Origin: Snowella sp.
GTDB taxonomy: Bacteria; Cyanobacteriota; Cyanobacteriia; Cyanobacteriales; Microcystaceae
Length of the DNA stretch: 64,000 nucleotides
Reading direction: 5' to 3'
Assembly (NCBI GenBank): GCA_035285545.1
Contig: JAYKGY010000026.1
Coordinates: forward strand, 1 to 64,000
Of this stretch, positions 53,005-63,745 are shown piece by piece; the first letter of the stretch is position 1; every line of letters begins with the position of its first letter. Below the pieces are notes generated by a model. The model saw only the letters and a list, made by a program, of their open reading frames with translations, searched no databases and had not been told where the DNA came from. The position numbers and the translations under genes are program-made.

Positions 53005-53325
53005 ATGAGCAATTCGCCTCAAGTGCCTAATAACCAAGGGACTCAAAACTCAACGATAGATTTAAAACAAATTGCAGATCAAAATAACTTAGACGTTGAG
53101 CTGAAGATTAAAACTTCCAAAAATCGCTTAGATTACTTTCTTGAGTTTATGCCTCAGTCGGTTATGATAATCATTCTTGTAATTGTGACAATTTTTTGTT
53201 TTCAGATTCTCAATGCTCAGACATCAACGCAAGATGACAAAAAGTTTGCTCAATCAATGCTCACTTTAATCGTAGGAGGATCGGTGGGATTTGTGACAGG
53301 AAGAGCAACAGCAAGCAAAAATTAG
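53005..53325 (+). CDS. Small two-TM hypothetical membrane protein
   Basis: Two hydrophobic helices (VMIIILVIVTIFCF; MLTLIVGGSVGFVTG). Confidence 0.65.
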   Translation: MSNSPQVPNNQGTQNSTIDLKQIADQNNLDVELKIKTSKNRLDYFLEFMPQSVMIIILVIVTIFCFQILNAQTSTQDDKKFAQSMLTLIVGGSVGFVTGRATASKN

Positions 53326-53403
53326 CTTATATGAGCACATGATTTTGCAAAAAGCCCGAAAATCAAGAATTATTACAAAGCTATGTCCTTTCAACAAAAG
53401 ACG

Positions 53404-54312
53404 TTACAAGGGGAAAACCAATTGATCCGCCTCAATCATTTTGGGAAAATCTTTAAAAATCATTGAACAGGATTTCACAAACTTTTTCGCCCATTGTTGA
53501 GAGAGTTCAATTTGAGCAGGAGTGAGTTTATCCGTAGGAGATCCCTTGTAAGTGACTTTGCCAGAAGAACGATTATGTTCAAACTGCTCAAACCAGTCTA
53601 AATCGGGGCGCGAGGATTGCCAGTAACGACTGCTCATGGTGCTTCCTAAATAGCGGTTTCCCACCTCGCTTAAATGATTAAAGGTCATTAACAAGTCTTC
53701 AACGGTCAAAGATAGGTTCTCTTGGCTAACGACAGGAGCCGATGGAGGAGCCTCTGGTGTAGGAACATTAGGCGTAACCTTGGTAGGCGTTACCGGCGCA
53801 GCGACAGGGGTGGGGACAACCATTTCTCCGACTTTTTTCATTCCCATTTTTTCAGGGTTTAAGGTCGCATCAAAACGGCTTTTTTTATCGTATTTCGCAT
53901 TGGTTAAATCCGCTCCTGTTAGGTTGGCTCCGTTAAAATAGGCTCCTTTTAGGGATGCGTCTTTTAAATTTCCCCTGGTCACATAGGCATTTGTAAAATA
54001 GGCTTCATCTAGAATGGCACTTTGTAAATTGGCTTTAATTAAATAGGTTTTAATCAGAGAGGCTTTTTGTAAATTGGCTTTTTGCAGATTAGCACCCGTT
54101 AGATCCGCTTCATTGAGATAGGCTTCTTGGAGATTGGCACCGCTTAAGTTGGTGTCTCGCAGATTGGCATAACTGAGGTCTGCACCTCGAAAATCCGCAT
54201 TGCTTAGATCCAGTCCATGTAAATCCGCACGTCGTAGTTGGCTGCTTCGGAAGTCGCGATCGCCGGCTTGGTATTGTTCCTGAATTTCTTCTGCGGTAGT
54301 GCTTTGAACCAT
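53404..54312 (-). CDS. Pentapeptide-repeat protein with Pro-rich linker and C-terminal unknown domain
   Basis: YQAGDRDF followed by about 25 A(D/N)Lxx repeats. Confidence 0.9.
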   Translation of the reverse strand: MVQSTTAEEIQEQYQAGDRDFRSSQLRRADLHGLDLSNADFRGADLSYANLRDTNLSGANLQEAYLNEADLTGANLQKANLQKASLIKTYLIKANLQSAILDEAYFTNAYVTRGNLKDASLKGAYFNGANLTGADLTNAKYDKKSRFDATLNPEKMGMKKVGEMVVPTPVAAPVTPTKVTPNVPTPEAPPSAPVVSQENLSLTVEDLLMTFNHLSEVGNRYLGSTMSSRYWQSSRPDLDWFEQFEHNRSSGKVTYKGSPTDKLTPAQIELSQQWAKKFVKSCSMIFKDFPKMIEADQLVFPL

Positions 54313-54462
54313 AGGTCACTTTAAATTAACTTAAGGGTATTTTACACAAAATCCTAAGTCAGTGAAAGGAGAGATTCACGGAGTTTTTCAGTGGTTTGAG
54401 TTAAGTTAAATAAATTTTCTATTAATTTTAATAAAGTCAGATACTGTTAAAAAAGCAATCAC

Positions 54463-56775
54463 TTAGATCAACATTGTTTGTAATGTTGTAATAGGAGCCT
54501 GACAAAAATAACGTTGTTGAAATTGTTCTTCAGTAAAAACGGTTAGAAAATCTTGTGTGGATAAATTAACATTCGTCGTTGGTGGATTCGCTTTTTTCAT
54601 CCTGAGTTCATGATCATCATAACTGATGGTAAAACCTAGCTGAATTAAAACCGTTAACCCCATTTTTAAGGTGTTATCACTGAGGTTTAATTCCTGCTTT
54701 AATTTTTCGATTTTGATGGTTGATTCTGTTCGACTGAGATATTTTGCAATACCCATTAATTTTTTTAACGTTTCTAAACCATCCCTTTGCAATGAAGAAT
54801 AGGTCAGGGCTAATTTTGCTTGATTTTGAGAAGCTTGATGATAAGCATTTTGTAAGGTTTGCCAATGGATAGGACAGTGATTGAGAGTTTGGTAGGGATG
54901 GGCGATCGCCTGTTCTTCGGGGTTAACGGATTGATTGCGCCAATCTAATAATTGGGGGGCTTGTTTAAACCGCTCCCTTTGAGATAAAGGGTCACTTAAT
55001 TTAAAATCAATTAAACGCACTTCATACCGATCTTTAAAAGTATTAAAATCCAATTCCACAACGACATCACAAGCTTGATCCAACGGAATTTCATCTTTAT
55101 AATGACCCCACCAAACCCCAGGAAATCCTTGCGTCACGGTTTCATCTAAGAGATCAAAAGTTGTTTTGATATACTGAATTTTTTTACCTCGAATGTCCTG
55201 AGAATTATTATGCCAAGCATTTTGAAAATAGCAATGTTGAATTAATAACTTGGGAACAGGATTTCCCATTCCACAGGGTTCTAATAATTTTAATTCTCGA
55301 AATAATTTTTTTCCTAATTCTGCTACTTTAACGACTAAATCAATTTTAATTTGGGCAATTAAGGCTGACGGATCTCGATTTTGTTGCCAGAACTGTTGAT
55401 TAATCGCTTCTTGAAAAATAGGAATATTTTCGACTCGTAAACTTAATCCGGCGGCAAAAGGATGCCCCCCAAATCGCGCTAATAAATGGGCTTGAGAATT
55501 GACTAATTGATATAAATCAATGCCATTAACCGATCGCGCTGAGCCTTTCGCTAGGGTGGAATCCCCTGATCCCTCGTCACGGGTACTTAACAAAATGGTA
55601 GGACGACCGTATTCTTGGGCAATTTGACCCGCTACTAACCCCAAAACCCCTTGAGGCCATTGATCATCCACTAAAACGATCACGCTGGTGGTTGACAGAT
55701 CCAGACTAGTTAATTTTTTCTTAATTTCTTCCGTTACGGTTTTTTGAAGGGCTTTACGTCGCGTGTTGGCCAATTCCGTTTCCATGGCCAATTGTTTACA
55801 CCGTTCAAGATTACGACTCGTTAACAGTTCCACCCCAAAACTGGCATCTCCATGAATCCGACTAATCGCGTTAATACGCGGCCCAATGCCAAAGGAAATA
55901 TCCGTCGGGCGATCGCCGCTTCGTTGACAGAGTTCTAGTAATTGGGCGACCCCTGGACGAGTTGGATTTTTAACCTGCTGTTGTAATTTTTGAATCCCTT
56001 TTTGGGCTAAATAACGACAATCTCCACTGAGTTGGACTAAATCGGCAATTAAACCAATCGCCACTAAATCCAACAAATTTTCAACCGGCTCTGTCGGTAA
56101 ATTCGGCAAGGTTTGATACAAGGCTTCAACGAATTTATAGGCAACTGCCACACCGGATAGATGATAAAGGGGATGATTTTCGGCAAAATAACGGGGGTTA
56201 ATCATCGCCACGACGGGAGGACGGTCTTTCGGCAATGTATGGTGATCAGTAATAATTAGGTCAATTCCTAATTTATTCGCATAGTCAATTTCTGTTAAAT
56301 TGGTGCTGCCCGTATCGCAAGTAATAATGAGGCGAGTTCCTGAAGCGGCTAATTTTTCTAATTGGGGAATATTCAACCCATGAGAATAGGTTAAACGGTT
56401 GGGAATGTAATAGCTTAACTGTAAATCGGGGACAAAAAATTGACTTAGGCCTTCCCATAAAACACTGGTTGCGGTAATGCCATCTGCGTCAAAATCTCCC
56501 CAAATTGCCACTTTTTCTCCCAACGCGATCGCGGTTTTTAATCGATTCATCGCCGCTTTCATTTCTTGCCCAAAGGCAAAAGGACTCATCGGTTGATACG
56601 CTTGAGGATTAATAAATCCCGCCAGGGTTTCTTCATCTCGAATTCCTCGTTGCCAAAGCAATAGAGCCGCATAATTTCCTTCCGATTCAACAACGTAAGA
56701 TTGAACTAATTGAAGAAAATCATCAGGAACTTCTTGAGAAGATAAAACGGGGACATCCCACCTAGAGTAGTACAT
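54463..56775 (-). CDS. recJ: Single-stranded-DNA exonuclease RecJ
   Basis: GDFDADG, ITCDTG, TDHH, LSGVAVAYK, GPRINA, KGSARS, GGHPFAAG, LEPCGMGNP. Confidence 0.93.
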   Translation of the reverse strand: MYYSRWDVPVLSSQEVPDDFLQLVQSYVVESEGNYAALLLWQRGIRDEETLAGFINPQAYQPMSPFAFGQEMKAAMNRLKTAIALGEKVAIWGDFDADGITATSVLWEGLSQFFVPDLQLSYYIPNRLTYSHGLNIPQLEKLAASGTRLIITCDTGSTNLTEIDYANKLGIDLIITDHHTLPKDRPPVVAMINPRYFAENHPLYHLSGVAVAYKFVEALYQTLPNLPTEPVENLLDLVAIGLIADLVQLSGDCRYLAQKGIQKLQQQVKNPTRPGVAQLLELCQRSGDRPTDISFGIGPRINAISRIHGDASFGVELLTSRNLERCKQLAMETELANTRRKALQKTVTEEIKKKLTSLDLSTTSVIVLVDDQWPQGVLGLVAGQIAQEYGRPTILLSTRDEGSGDSTLAKGSARSVNGIDLYQLVNSQAHLLARFGGHPFAAGLSLRVENIPIFQEAINQQFWQQNRDPSALIAQIKIDLVVKVAELGKKLFRELKLLEPCGMGNPVPKLLIQHCYFQNAWHNNSQDIRGKKIQYIKTTFDLLDETVTQGFPGVWWGHYKDEIPLDQACDVVVELDFNTFKDRYEVRLIDFKLSDPLSQRERFKQAPQLLDWRNQSVNPEEQAIAHPYQTLNHCPIHWQTLQNAYHQASQNQAKLALTYSSLQRDGLETLKKLMGIAKYLSRTESTIKIEKLKQELNLSDNTLKMGLTVLIQLGFTISYDDHELRMKKANPPTTNVNLSTQDFLTVFTEEQFQQRYFCQAPITTLQTMLI

Positions 56776-56900
56776 AGAAATTAATCGTAAACTATGAAAA
56801 AATAGCGAAAACAGAACTCAGCCAAAAATGATGCGAAAAGTTAAAAGCATAGTCGGAGAAGTGACAATAGGACATAGCCCACTGTATTACAATTTATAAC

Positions 56901-58193
56901 GTGATTGACACCATGATGGAAACGTTTTTAGGTATTGATTTTGGGACTTCGGGTTGTCGGGCAATCTTGATTGATTCGGAGAATTTAATTCAGCAAGAAA
57001 TCTCCCTACAATTTCCCCTGGCTTCTCTGGATTGGTTATCCATTTGGCAAGAATCCTTATTTGCGTTACTGGGGAAAATTTCGCGATCGCTGAGATCCAC
57101 TATTCGAGCAATTGCCATTAATGGAACCTCATCAACGGTCTTGTTATGCGATCCTCACGGTCGGCCGCTGACAGAACCCTTGTTATATAACGATGCTAGG
57201 GGCGCGACGATTTTAGATCAATTAAGTCTTTTTGTGCCGCCCAACCATTTAGTGTTAAGTGGTAACTCTAGTCTGGCGAAATTAATTTGGTGGTCAAAAC
57301 AGCCGTATTTTGCGGAAGCTGCCTATTTTCTGCATCAAGCGGATTGGCTCGCCTTCTTATTACACGGTCGATTAGGTATCAGTGATTATCACAATGCCTT
57401 GAAACTAGGCTATGATGTCCTCCATTTAACCTATCCCCATTGGCTGGTTAATCATCCGTTTTATCCCCTATTACCGACGGTTTTGGCTCCTGGTGCTGCC
57501 GTTGGGACAGTAACCCCTGCGATCGCCGACCAATTTCATTTAAGCCCGAATTGCGTCATTTGTACGGGAACCACCGATAGTATCGCCGCTTTTTTAGCCA
57601 GTGGAGCCAGTCAACCAGGGGAAGCCGTTACCTCCTTGGGGTCAACCTTAGTCTTAAAATTACTCAGCACCGATCCCGTTGAAGATTTAGCATCCGGCAT
57701 CTATAGCCACCGTTTAGGCAACCTATGGTTAACGGGTGGGGCATCCAATACGGGGGGAGCCGTTTTAAAACACTTTTTTACCCAGGACGAACTCGCCCAA
57801 TACAGTCAGCAGATTAATCCCGATCAACCCACCGCCTTAAATTATTATCCGTTGCTGAAATCCGGCGATCGCTTTCCCATTAATGATCCCAATTTGCAGC
57901 CCCAATTAGAACCCCGCCCTGAAAATCCAGTTGAATTTTTACACGGATTACTGGAAAGTTTAGCCCGCATCGAAGCCTTAGGGTATCAAAAACTCCAAAC
58001 CCTCGGAGCCTCACCCCTAACCCAGATTTTTACCGCAGGCGGCGGCGCAAAAAACGAAACCTGGCGCAAAATCCGCGATCGTTATCTGGCGGTTCCGGTG
58101 ATGGTTTCACGCTATACCGAAGCAGCCTATGGTACGGCTTTATTGGCGAAACAGGGCTATGGTGACGACCGGATAGTCAACACGGCAAATTGA
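56901..58193 (+). CDS. FGGY-family carbohydrate kinase (xylulose/ribulose kinase-like)
   Basis: LGIDFGTSG, GTTDSIAAF, SLGSTL, GGASNTGG, TAGGGA, EAAYGTA. Confidence 0.9.
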   Translation: MIDTMMETFLGIDFGTSGCRAILIDSENLIQQEISLQFPLASLDWLSIWQESLFALLGKISRSLRSTIRAIAINGTSSTVLLCDPHGRPLTEPLLYNDARGATILDQLSLFVPPNHLVLSGNSSLAKLIWWSKQPYFAEAAYFLHQADWLAFLLHGRLGISDYHNALKLGYDVLHLTYPHWLVNHPFYPLLPTVLAPGAAVGTVTPAIADQFHLSPNCVICTGTTDSIAAFLASGASQPGEAVTSLGSTLVLKLLSTDPVEDLASGIYSHRLGNLWLTGGASNTGGAVLKHFFTQDELAQYSQQINPDQPTALNYYPLLKSGDRFPINDPNLQPQLEPRPENPVEFLHGLLESLARIEALGYQKLQTLGASPLTQIFTAGGGAKNETWRKIRDRYLAVPVMVSRYTEAAYGTALLAKQGYGDDRIVNTAN

Positions 58194-58233
58194 GTTGCTC
58201 ATCCTCCCAAATTTCTCTGGTTGATGTAACAAT

Positions 58234-58968
58234 CTATTCAATAAAATTCAAAAAAGCATTGGTTTGACGGGCCTGAATCCAGACTTTTCCTTCTCCCTTA
58301 AATCGACAAACTAAACCTTTGCCGCCATAGTATTTGGTGCGATCGCTTTTAATCACTAATCCTTCAATCATTTCAATGTCATAGTTTAGGGTATCTTCAA
58401 AGGCAACAACGTAACCTGTATCGACTAAAAAATCGTCCTGAACCGTAATTTCAACCAATCCCCCATAGGAGCTAAACCATACATCCCCTTGTCCAATCGT
58501 TCGCAGCAAAAACGTTGAGGTGTCATTAAAGAAATTTTTCATTCCTAGAAATTTGATATCAATTTGAACCGTTGGAACGCAGGCAATAAAATGGGAAGAT
58601 TGCAATAAAATTCCTGTTCTTCCAGTTAAATAATAGTGATGAATATGTCCAGGTAAGGGTGGAGCGAGAAACAATCTACCAGGTTTAAATTCCGCTGCAA
58701 ATTGATTAATAAATAAGAGTTCTTTTCCTAATGCTTTGGTCAGGGTTTTAAGGAGTCCATCCTGAAGTTTAGCAATCAGCGTAATGCTACTATCCATTGC
58801 TTCAATGACAGACGCTTCGGCTAAAACGGTTTGGCTCGGTTTTAAGTCCAGAATCAAGGAAGAATAAAGGGGGCCATTTTCAATGGAAAAATCCAGATCA
58901 TGTTCTTCTTCGATCTCTTTTTTCTTTTCATTCCTATCGATGGAATTATTAATTAAATTGCCTTCCAT
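58234..58968 (-). CDS. AIM24/TIGR00266-family protein
   Basis: LFINQF, LAPPLPG, SSYGG, VDTGYVVAFE, GLVCRFKGEGKVWIQ. Confidence 0.82.
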   Translation of the reverse strand: MEGNLINNSIDRNEKKKEIEEEHDLDFSIENGPLYSSLILDLKPSQTVLAEASVIEAMDSSITLIAKLQDGLLKTLTKALGKELLFINQFAAEFKPGRLFLAPPLPGHIHHYYLTGRTGILLQSSHFIACVPTVQIDIKFLGMKNFFNDTSTFLLRTIGQGDVWFSSYGGLVEITVQDDFLVDTGYVVAFEDTLNYDIEMIEGLVIKSDRTKYYGGKGLVCRFKGEGKVWIQARQTNAFLNFIE

Positions 58969-59001
58969 GAAACTGATCCTTAAAAATTCATTAATAACTG
59001 A

Positions 59002-59682
59002 TTAACTTGGCTTGAAAGACGATTCTAATTGGGTATCAGCAAAAAAGTTTTTAAATGAGTGGGTTTGATACAAGATTTTTCCCTGACCCTGAAATTGACA
59101 TAAACTCTCTTTCTTTTTAATAAAACTCGCTAATCCCTTTGTTTGCGGAAAAATCAATTTAAAATTCAAACTATTTTCAAAGGCAATCACATTTTTTAAG
59201 TTGATAACAAAATTATCTTCTACATCCACTTCTGACAATCGACCAAAGGAATTGATTAAAACCTGTCCATCACCCACTAAACTTAACCAAGCATTTGATT
59301 CATTGCTTAATAACGTCTTGAACTTATGAAATCCCGAAAAAATTTCAATTTTAGAACTTGAAGCTAAATAAGCATTAACACGAACAATTAATTTATATTT
59401 TGTCATTTGATAAACAAAGATATCCCCAATAATGGGGGGGGCTAAATACAGCTCTCCGGTTTCTTCGTTAGCTTTAAAACTGTTGAGAAATAAAAATTTA
59501 TCTTTAAGAGGGCTTTTTTTCTGGGTTGTTGTACTTTCACTCCCCCTTTGCATACTGGTACTCACTTGAAGGTTATTGCTCATCATCATCATGGCACCCG
59601 CTTTAGCAATAACTTCTTCGTTAGATTTTAAAAAAATATGAGCGATCGCGTTGTTGGGTTGGTTTAGGATCTCAACTTTCAT
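59002..59682 (-). CDS. AIM24/TIGR00266-family protein (diverged)
   Basis: AKAGAMM, LFLNSF, LAPPIIGD, NSFG, CQFQGQGKILYQTH. Confidence 0.78.
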   Translation of the reverse strand: MKVEILNQPNNAIAHIFLKSNEEVIAKAGAMMMMSNNLQVSTSMQRGSESTTTQKKSPLKDKFLFLNSFKANEETGELYLAPPIIGDIFVYQMTKYKLIVRVNAYLASSSKIEIFSGFHKFKTLLSNESNAWLSLVGDGQVLINSFGRLSEVDVEDNFVINLKNVIAFENSLNFKLIFPQTKGLASFIKKKESLCQFQGQGKILYQTHSFKNFFADTQLESSFKPS

Positions 59683-59704
59683 ACTCGCTAGGATAGATAG
59701 GCAG

Positions 59705-60367
59705 TTAACCTTGCCGACTGTTTAAGTAACGAACCAGCCCACTACGACTGCGAGACTGTAAGTATATAATACCCCCTCCGATTAATTGAGTAACGATACC
59801 CTCTCCGGCAATAGGGGAGCCAATAATCCGTTTTGGGAAATCGACCTTCAGCCGAATTTTAGAACTGTAGGCCACAAGATGATGGTGTTCTACGGCAAAG
59901 CGTTTATAGGTTTGATGTTGGGTTAATCCCCCCTGACTACCAATAAAGACCAAACCCCTTCCCGATACTTTAAGCACAAAGAGACCTTTGCCTGCTAACC
60001 AACTGGAAAAACCGGCCCAGTGAATTCCCATTTGGATTTGAGGGGTATGTCCCAAATGAACTCCTGGTTGTAGACATAGGGCACTTTTTGTCAGATCTAA
60101 ACGGATAATATCGCCAGGGTTGGGTTGGGAAAGTACCAGGTTCAAGGGTTCATTCGTTGGATTGCTAAAAACATTAACCCAAAGGGGATAACCACCCAAA
60201 AAATGTCTGAGTAGGGCAAAGAAAATATCTCCGGCGAAAGCCGTCTTCATGACGATTCCCGTATCCATACTGACGAGCGTTCCTGGCGCAGCAAGAAAAC
60301 TCTCACCGGGTCTTAAGGTGACGTAGAGAGAAGCAAAAGCCGGCCTGAAGCGAACTTTATACAGCAA
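59705..60367 (-). CDS. AIM24/TIGR00266-family protein
   Basis: RPAFASLYVTLRPGE, GLFVLKVSGRG, HLVAY, GEGIV, IYLQSRS. Confidence 0.8.
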   Translation of the reverse strand: MLYKVRFRPAFASLYVTLRPGESFLAAPGTLVSMDTGIVMKTAFAGDIFFALLRHFLGGYPLWVNVFSNPTNEPLNLVLSQPNPGDIIRLDLTKSALCLQPGVHLGHTPQIQMGIHWAGFSSWLAGKGLFVLKVSGRGLVFIGSQGGLTQHQTYKRFAVEHHHLVAYSSKIRLKVDFPKRIIGSPIAGEGIVTQLIGGGIIYLQSRSRSGLVRYLNSRQG

Positions 60368-60508
60368 ACTGTTTAACGGTTGAGGGTTAGAAGAATAAAA
60401 AACTACGTTACTATTCTCAGCGATCTTTTCCGAAACCCCTAGAAACTGAGATGTTTCTTAAACTATTTCTCAGCTTCATTGGTTTTATTCGGGAAAAACT
60501 ACTTTGGG

Positions 60509-61984
60509 TTAAGCCGTGGTTTTTTCTAAGATCAATTTAGACCGCTTAACATTTTCGGGGATCGTAATGGGGTAATTGCCATTAAAGCAGGCCGAACAGA
60601 AATGATCGATGTTTTCTCCCGTTGCTTCCAACATTCCCTGTTGGCTCAGGTAGGCTAAGGAATCGACTCCAATTTGCTCGGCGATCGCGTCAATGGATTT
60701 CGTGGCAGCAATGAGTTGATCCTGATTATCCGTATCAATGCCATAGAAACAAGGATGGGTTACCGGCGGTGAAGAAATTCTCATGTGAACTTCCGTTGCC
60801 CCTGCATCTCGTAAGGCTTTAACAATTTTGCGGCTAGTGGTTCCCCTCACAATAGAGTCATCCACAATAATCACCCGTTTGCCCTTGAGGACATCCTTAA
60901 GGGGATTGAGCTTCATGCGAATGCCCGATTCCCGCATATTTTGGGTCGGTTGAATAAAGGTACGCCCTACATAACGATTTTTGATTAACCCTTCGGCGTA
61001 GGGAATCCCTGACCCCTGGGAAAATCCAATAGCGGCCGGAATGCCCGAATCGGGAACGCCCATAACGATATCGGCATCAACAAAAGATTCTTTAGCTAAT
61101 TGCTGCCCAATCCGCATCCGATAGGTATAAAGGGTTTCATCGTTGGTAATACTATCGGGACGGGAGAAATAGATCATCTCAAAAATACAGAGCTTTTTCG
61201 CCGATTGGGTCGCCCAGTGGAAAGAAGCTATGCCAGAGTCGGTAATCCAAACCAATTCTCCTGGCTCGACTTCGCGGACAAATTCGGCTCCAATAATATC
61301 TAATCCACAGGTTTCGGAAGCTAAAACATAACGAGTGGTATCACTCTCTAATTGACCAATCACTAGCGGTCTCACCCCATTAGGATCGCGCGCGCCCATT
61401 AACCCCACAGGTGTTCCAATGACTAAACTGTAGGCTCCTGAACAAATTTGAAACGCACTAATGGCCGCTTCTAGCCAATCTTTACCGCTATCCACTTCAT
61501 TAGCGATCGCGACGGCAATCATTTCCGAATCGGTCGTAGTAATAAAATCACAACCCCGACTGACTAATTTTTCCCGTAACTCAACCGTATTCACCAAATT
61601 ACCATTGTGGGCTAGGGCGAGGGAACCTAAGCGAGTTCCGACAATCGCCGGCTGAGCATTCACTTTATGACTCGATCCGGTTGTGGAATAACGGTTATGG
61701 CCGACCGCGATCGTCCCCGTGAGTTCATGCAAAATCGATTCTTTAAACACCTGGGAAACCAGTCCCATGTCTTTATGGCTATGAACCTGATCCCCCTCAA
61801 AGGTCGCAATTCCAGCCGATTCTTGGCCTCGATGTTGCAGCGCGTACAGACCAAAATAGGTTAATTTCGCCACCTCCTCTTCGGGAGCATAAATTCCAAA
61901 GACACCACAGGCTTCTTCAGGTTTATCGGAACGGGAGATATCGACCTGATGGCTGGGGTCGGTTCCATGAGTATTCACAAGCAT
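60509..61984 (-). CDS. purF: Amidophosphoribosyltransferase
   Basis: EEACGVFG, LQHRGQESAG, HNGNL, VDDSIVRGTT, PCFYGID, CSAC. Confidence 0.97.
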   Translation of the reverse strand: MLVNTHGTDPSHQVDISRSDKPEEACGVFGIYAPEEEVAKLTYFGLYALQHRGQESAGIATFEGDQVHSHKDMGLVSQVFKESILHELTGTIAVGHNRYSTTGSSHKVNAQPAIVGTRLGSLALAHNGNLVNTVELREKLVSRGCDFITTTDSEMIAVAIANEVDSGKDWLEAAISAFQICSGAYSLVIGTPVGLMGARDPNGVRPLVIGQLESDTTRYVLASETCGLDIIGAEFVREVEPGELVWITDSGIASFHWATQSAKKLCIFEMIYFSRPDSITNDETLYTYRMRIGQQLAKESFVDADIVMGVPDSGIPAAIGFSQGSGIPYAEGLIKNRYVGRTFIQPTQNMRESGIRMKLNPLKDVLKGKRVIIVDDSIVRGTTSRKIVKALRDAGATEVHMRISSPPVTHPCFYGIDTDNQDQLIAATKSIDAIAEQIGVDSLAYLSQQGMLEATGENIDHFCSACFNGNYPITIPENVKRSKLILEKTTA

Positions 61985-62237
61985 CCTACGTTGGGGGACT
62001 CCTTTAATGAGGGCAATTCAGTGGATTATGTAGAATCAATATTCTAGGGCTTTTTAAAACAAATTGAATTGATAACTCAGGCTGAAATAATTTCTCAGCA
62101 ATACTTCTTAACATTTCTTTAACCTATCTTAGCAGGATTGGTCGGCCGATTGGGAAATCTCCCTCGGTGAAGGTTTGTCAAAGTCTGATAAACTAGCTAC
62201 ATTAATCACTAGAGTTATTTTTAGGAAGTCTTCAATC

Positions 62238-62333
62238 ATGGAAAGCGTTGCCTATATTCTTGTGTTAACGATGGCCTTGGCTGTCCTCTTTTTCGCGATC
62301 GCCTTTCGGGAACCCCCCCGTATCCAAAAATAA
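62238..62333 (+). CDS. psbT: Photosystem II reaction centre protein T (not in the ORF track)
   Basis: Manual translation: MESVAYILVLTMALAVLFFAIAFREPPRIQK. Confidence 0.96.
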   Translation: MESVAYILVLTMALAVLFFAIAFREPPRIQK

Positions 62334-62526
62334 TCAACACCGAATCGGACTGATTTCAAATAAAACTTTATATTATTTTTTTAATGAGCTATCTCAACTT
62401 TGCTTACCGTTGTGCGGTAGGCTAAGATAATAAAGATGGCTCTATTTTTGCTGCCTTTTTATACTTTTTTGATAAAAACTCAACGTTAAAATTTTTGACT
62501 TACTCTTTACCCCCTAAAATTGGACT

Positions 62527-63057
62527 ATGCAATGTCCCTACTGCCAACATAGTAATAGCCGTGTTTTAGAATCTCGTTCCAGTGAAGGTGGCCAAAGTAT
62601 TCGTCGTCGTCGAGAATGTCTAGAATGTAAACATCGTTTTACCACCTACGAGCGGGTTGAATTTGTCCCCATTACCGTTATTAAATCCGACGGCAAAAAA
62701 GAATCTTTCGATCAATCCAAATTACTGCGGGGCATGGTCAGAGCCTGTGAGAAAACAGGAATTTCCTATGAACGATTAGAGCGTATCGTCGAAGATCTCG
62801 AAGCCCAGATTCAACAGCGGAACCATCGAGAAATTACAAGCCATGAGATCGGGCAATTAGTCCTGAAATATTTACAAAAAGAAAATGAGGTTGCCTATAT
62901 TCGTTTTGCTTCCGTTTATGGCCGATTTCAAGGAATTACGGATTTTGTTGAGACCTTGAATCATCTTAAAACCGAACCACCTCAAACTTGGGAAACGGAA
63001 CCCGAAGAAGTTACTGCAACGGTATTGGAAGATCCCCAGCTTACGTTATCTTCTTAA
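62527..63057 (+). CDS. nrdR: Transcriptional repressor NrdR
   Basis: [27 protein letters not shown]-cone; [10 protein letters not shown]. Confidence 0.97.
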   Translation: MQCPYCQHSNSRVLESRSSEGGQSIRRRRECLECKHRFTTYERVEFVPITVIKSDGKKESFDQSKLLRGMVRACEKTGISYERLERIVEDLEAQIQQRNHREITSHEIGQLVLKYLQKENEVAYIRFASVYGRFQGITDFVETLNHLKTEPPQTWETEPEEVTATVLEDPQLTLSS

Positions 63058-63142
63058 TTTTTGGATACCAAAATTTAATTCTAAAATTTGCGGTTTTATA
63101 CCCATTAAGCAACTTTGTGATTACGGACTGACCGTTGACAGA

Positions 63143-63721
63143 ATGACCAAAGAATTAACTCGTTGTGCTTGGGTCAAGGCGGATTCCCTCGAAATCGCTT
63201 ACCACGATCAGGAGTGGGGTGTCCCGTTACATGATGATCGAAAATTGTTTGAGTTTTTAATTTTAGAAGGCGCACAAGCAGGTTTAAGTTGGAGTACAGT
63301 GCTTAAAAAACGGGAAAATTATCGGCTGGCGTTTGATCAGTTTGATCCGGTTTTAGTGGCTCGATACGGTGAAGATAAGATTGAAAGTTTGATGCAGAAT
63401 GCTGGCATTATTAGAAATCGACTTAAAATTAAGGCGGCTATCGTTAACGCGCAACAGTTTTTAACGATTCAAAAAGAATTTGGCTCTTTTGATCGGTTTC
63501 TTTGGCAATTTGTGGGCGGTGAACCCAAACAAAATCACTGGCAGTCTATCGCAGAGGTTCCGGCGACAAGTCCCGAATCCGATGCCCTCAGTAAAACGCT
63601 GAAAAAACGGGGCTTTAAGTTTGTCGGATCAACGATTTGTTACGCTTTCATGCAGGCAGTCGGTCTGGTGAATGATCACACAACGGATTGTTTTTGTCAT
63701 CAAAAATTACAAACTCGTTAA
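63143..63721 (+). CDS. tag: DNA-3-methyladenine glycosylase I
   Basis: RCAW, YHDQEWG, LEGAQAGLSW, IIRNRLKI, GFKFVG, NDHTTDC. Confidence 0.96.
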   Translation: MTKELTRCAWVKADSLEIAYHDQEWGVPLHDDRKLFEFLILEGAQAGLSWSTVLKKRENYRLAFDQFDPVLVARYGEDKIESLMQNAGIIRNRLKIKAAIVNAQQFLTIQKEFGSFDRFLWQFVGGEPKQNHWQSIAEVPATSPESDALSKTLKKRGFKFVGSTICYAFMQAVGLVNDHTTDCFCHQKLQTR

Positions 63722-63745
63722 TGGGGATAACTTTTGGAACCTAGC

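Noticed and set aside
62238..62333. psbT detached from psbB
   Set aside because: A separate psbT is known in some unicellular cyanobacteria; low novelty.
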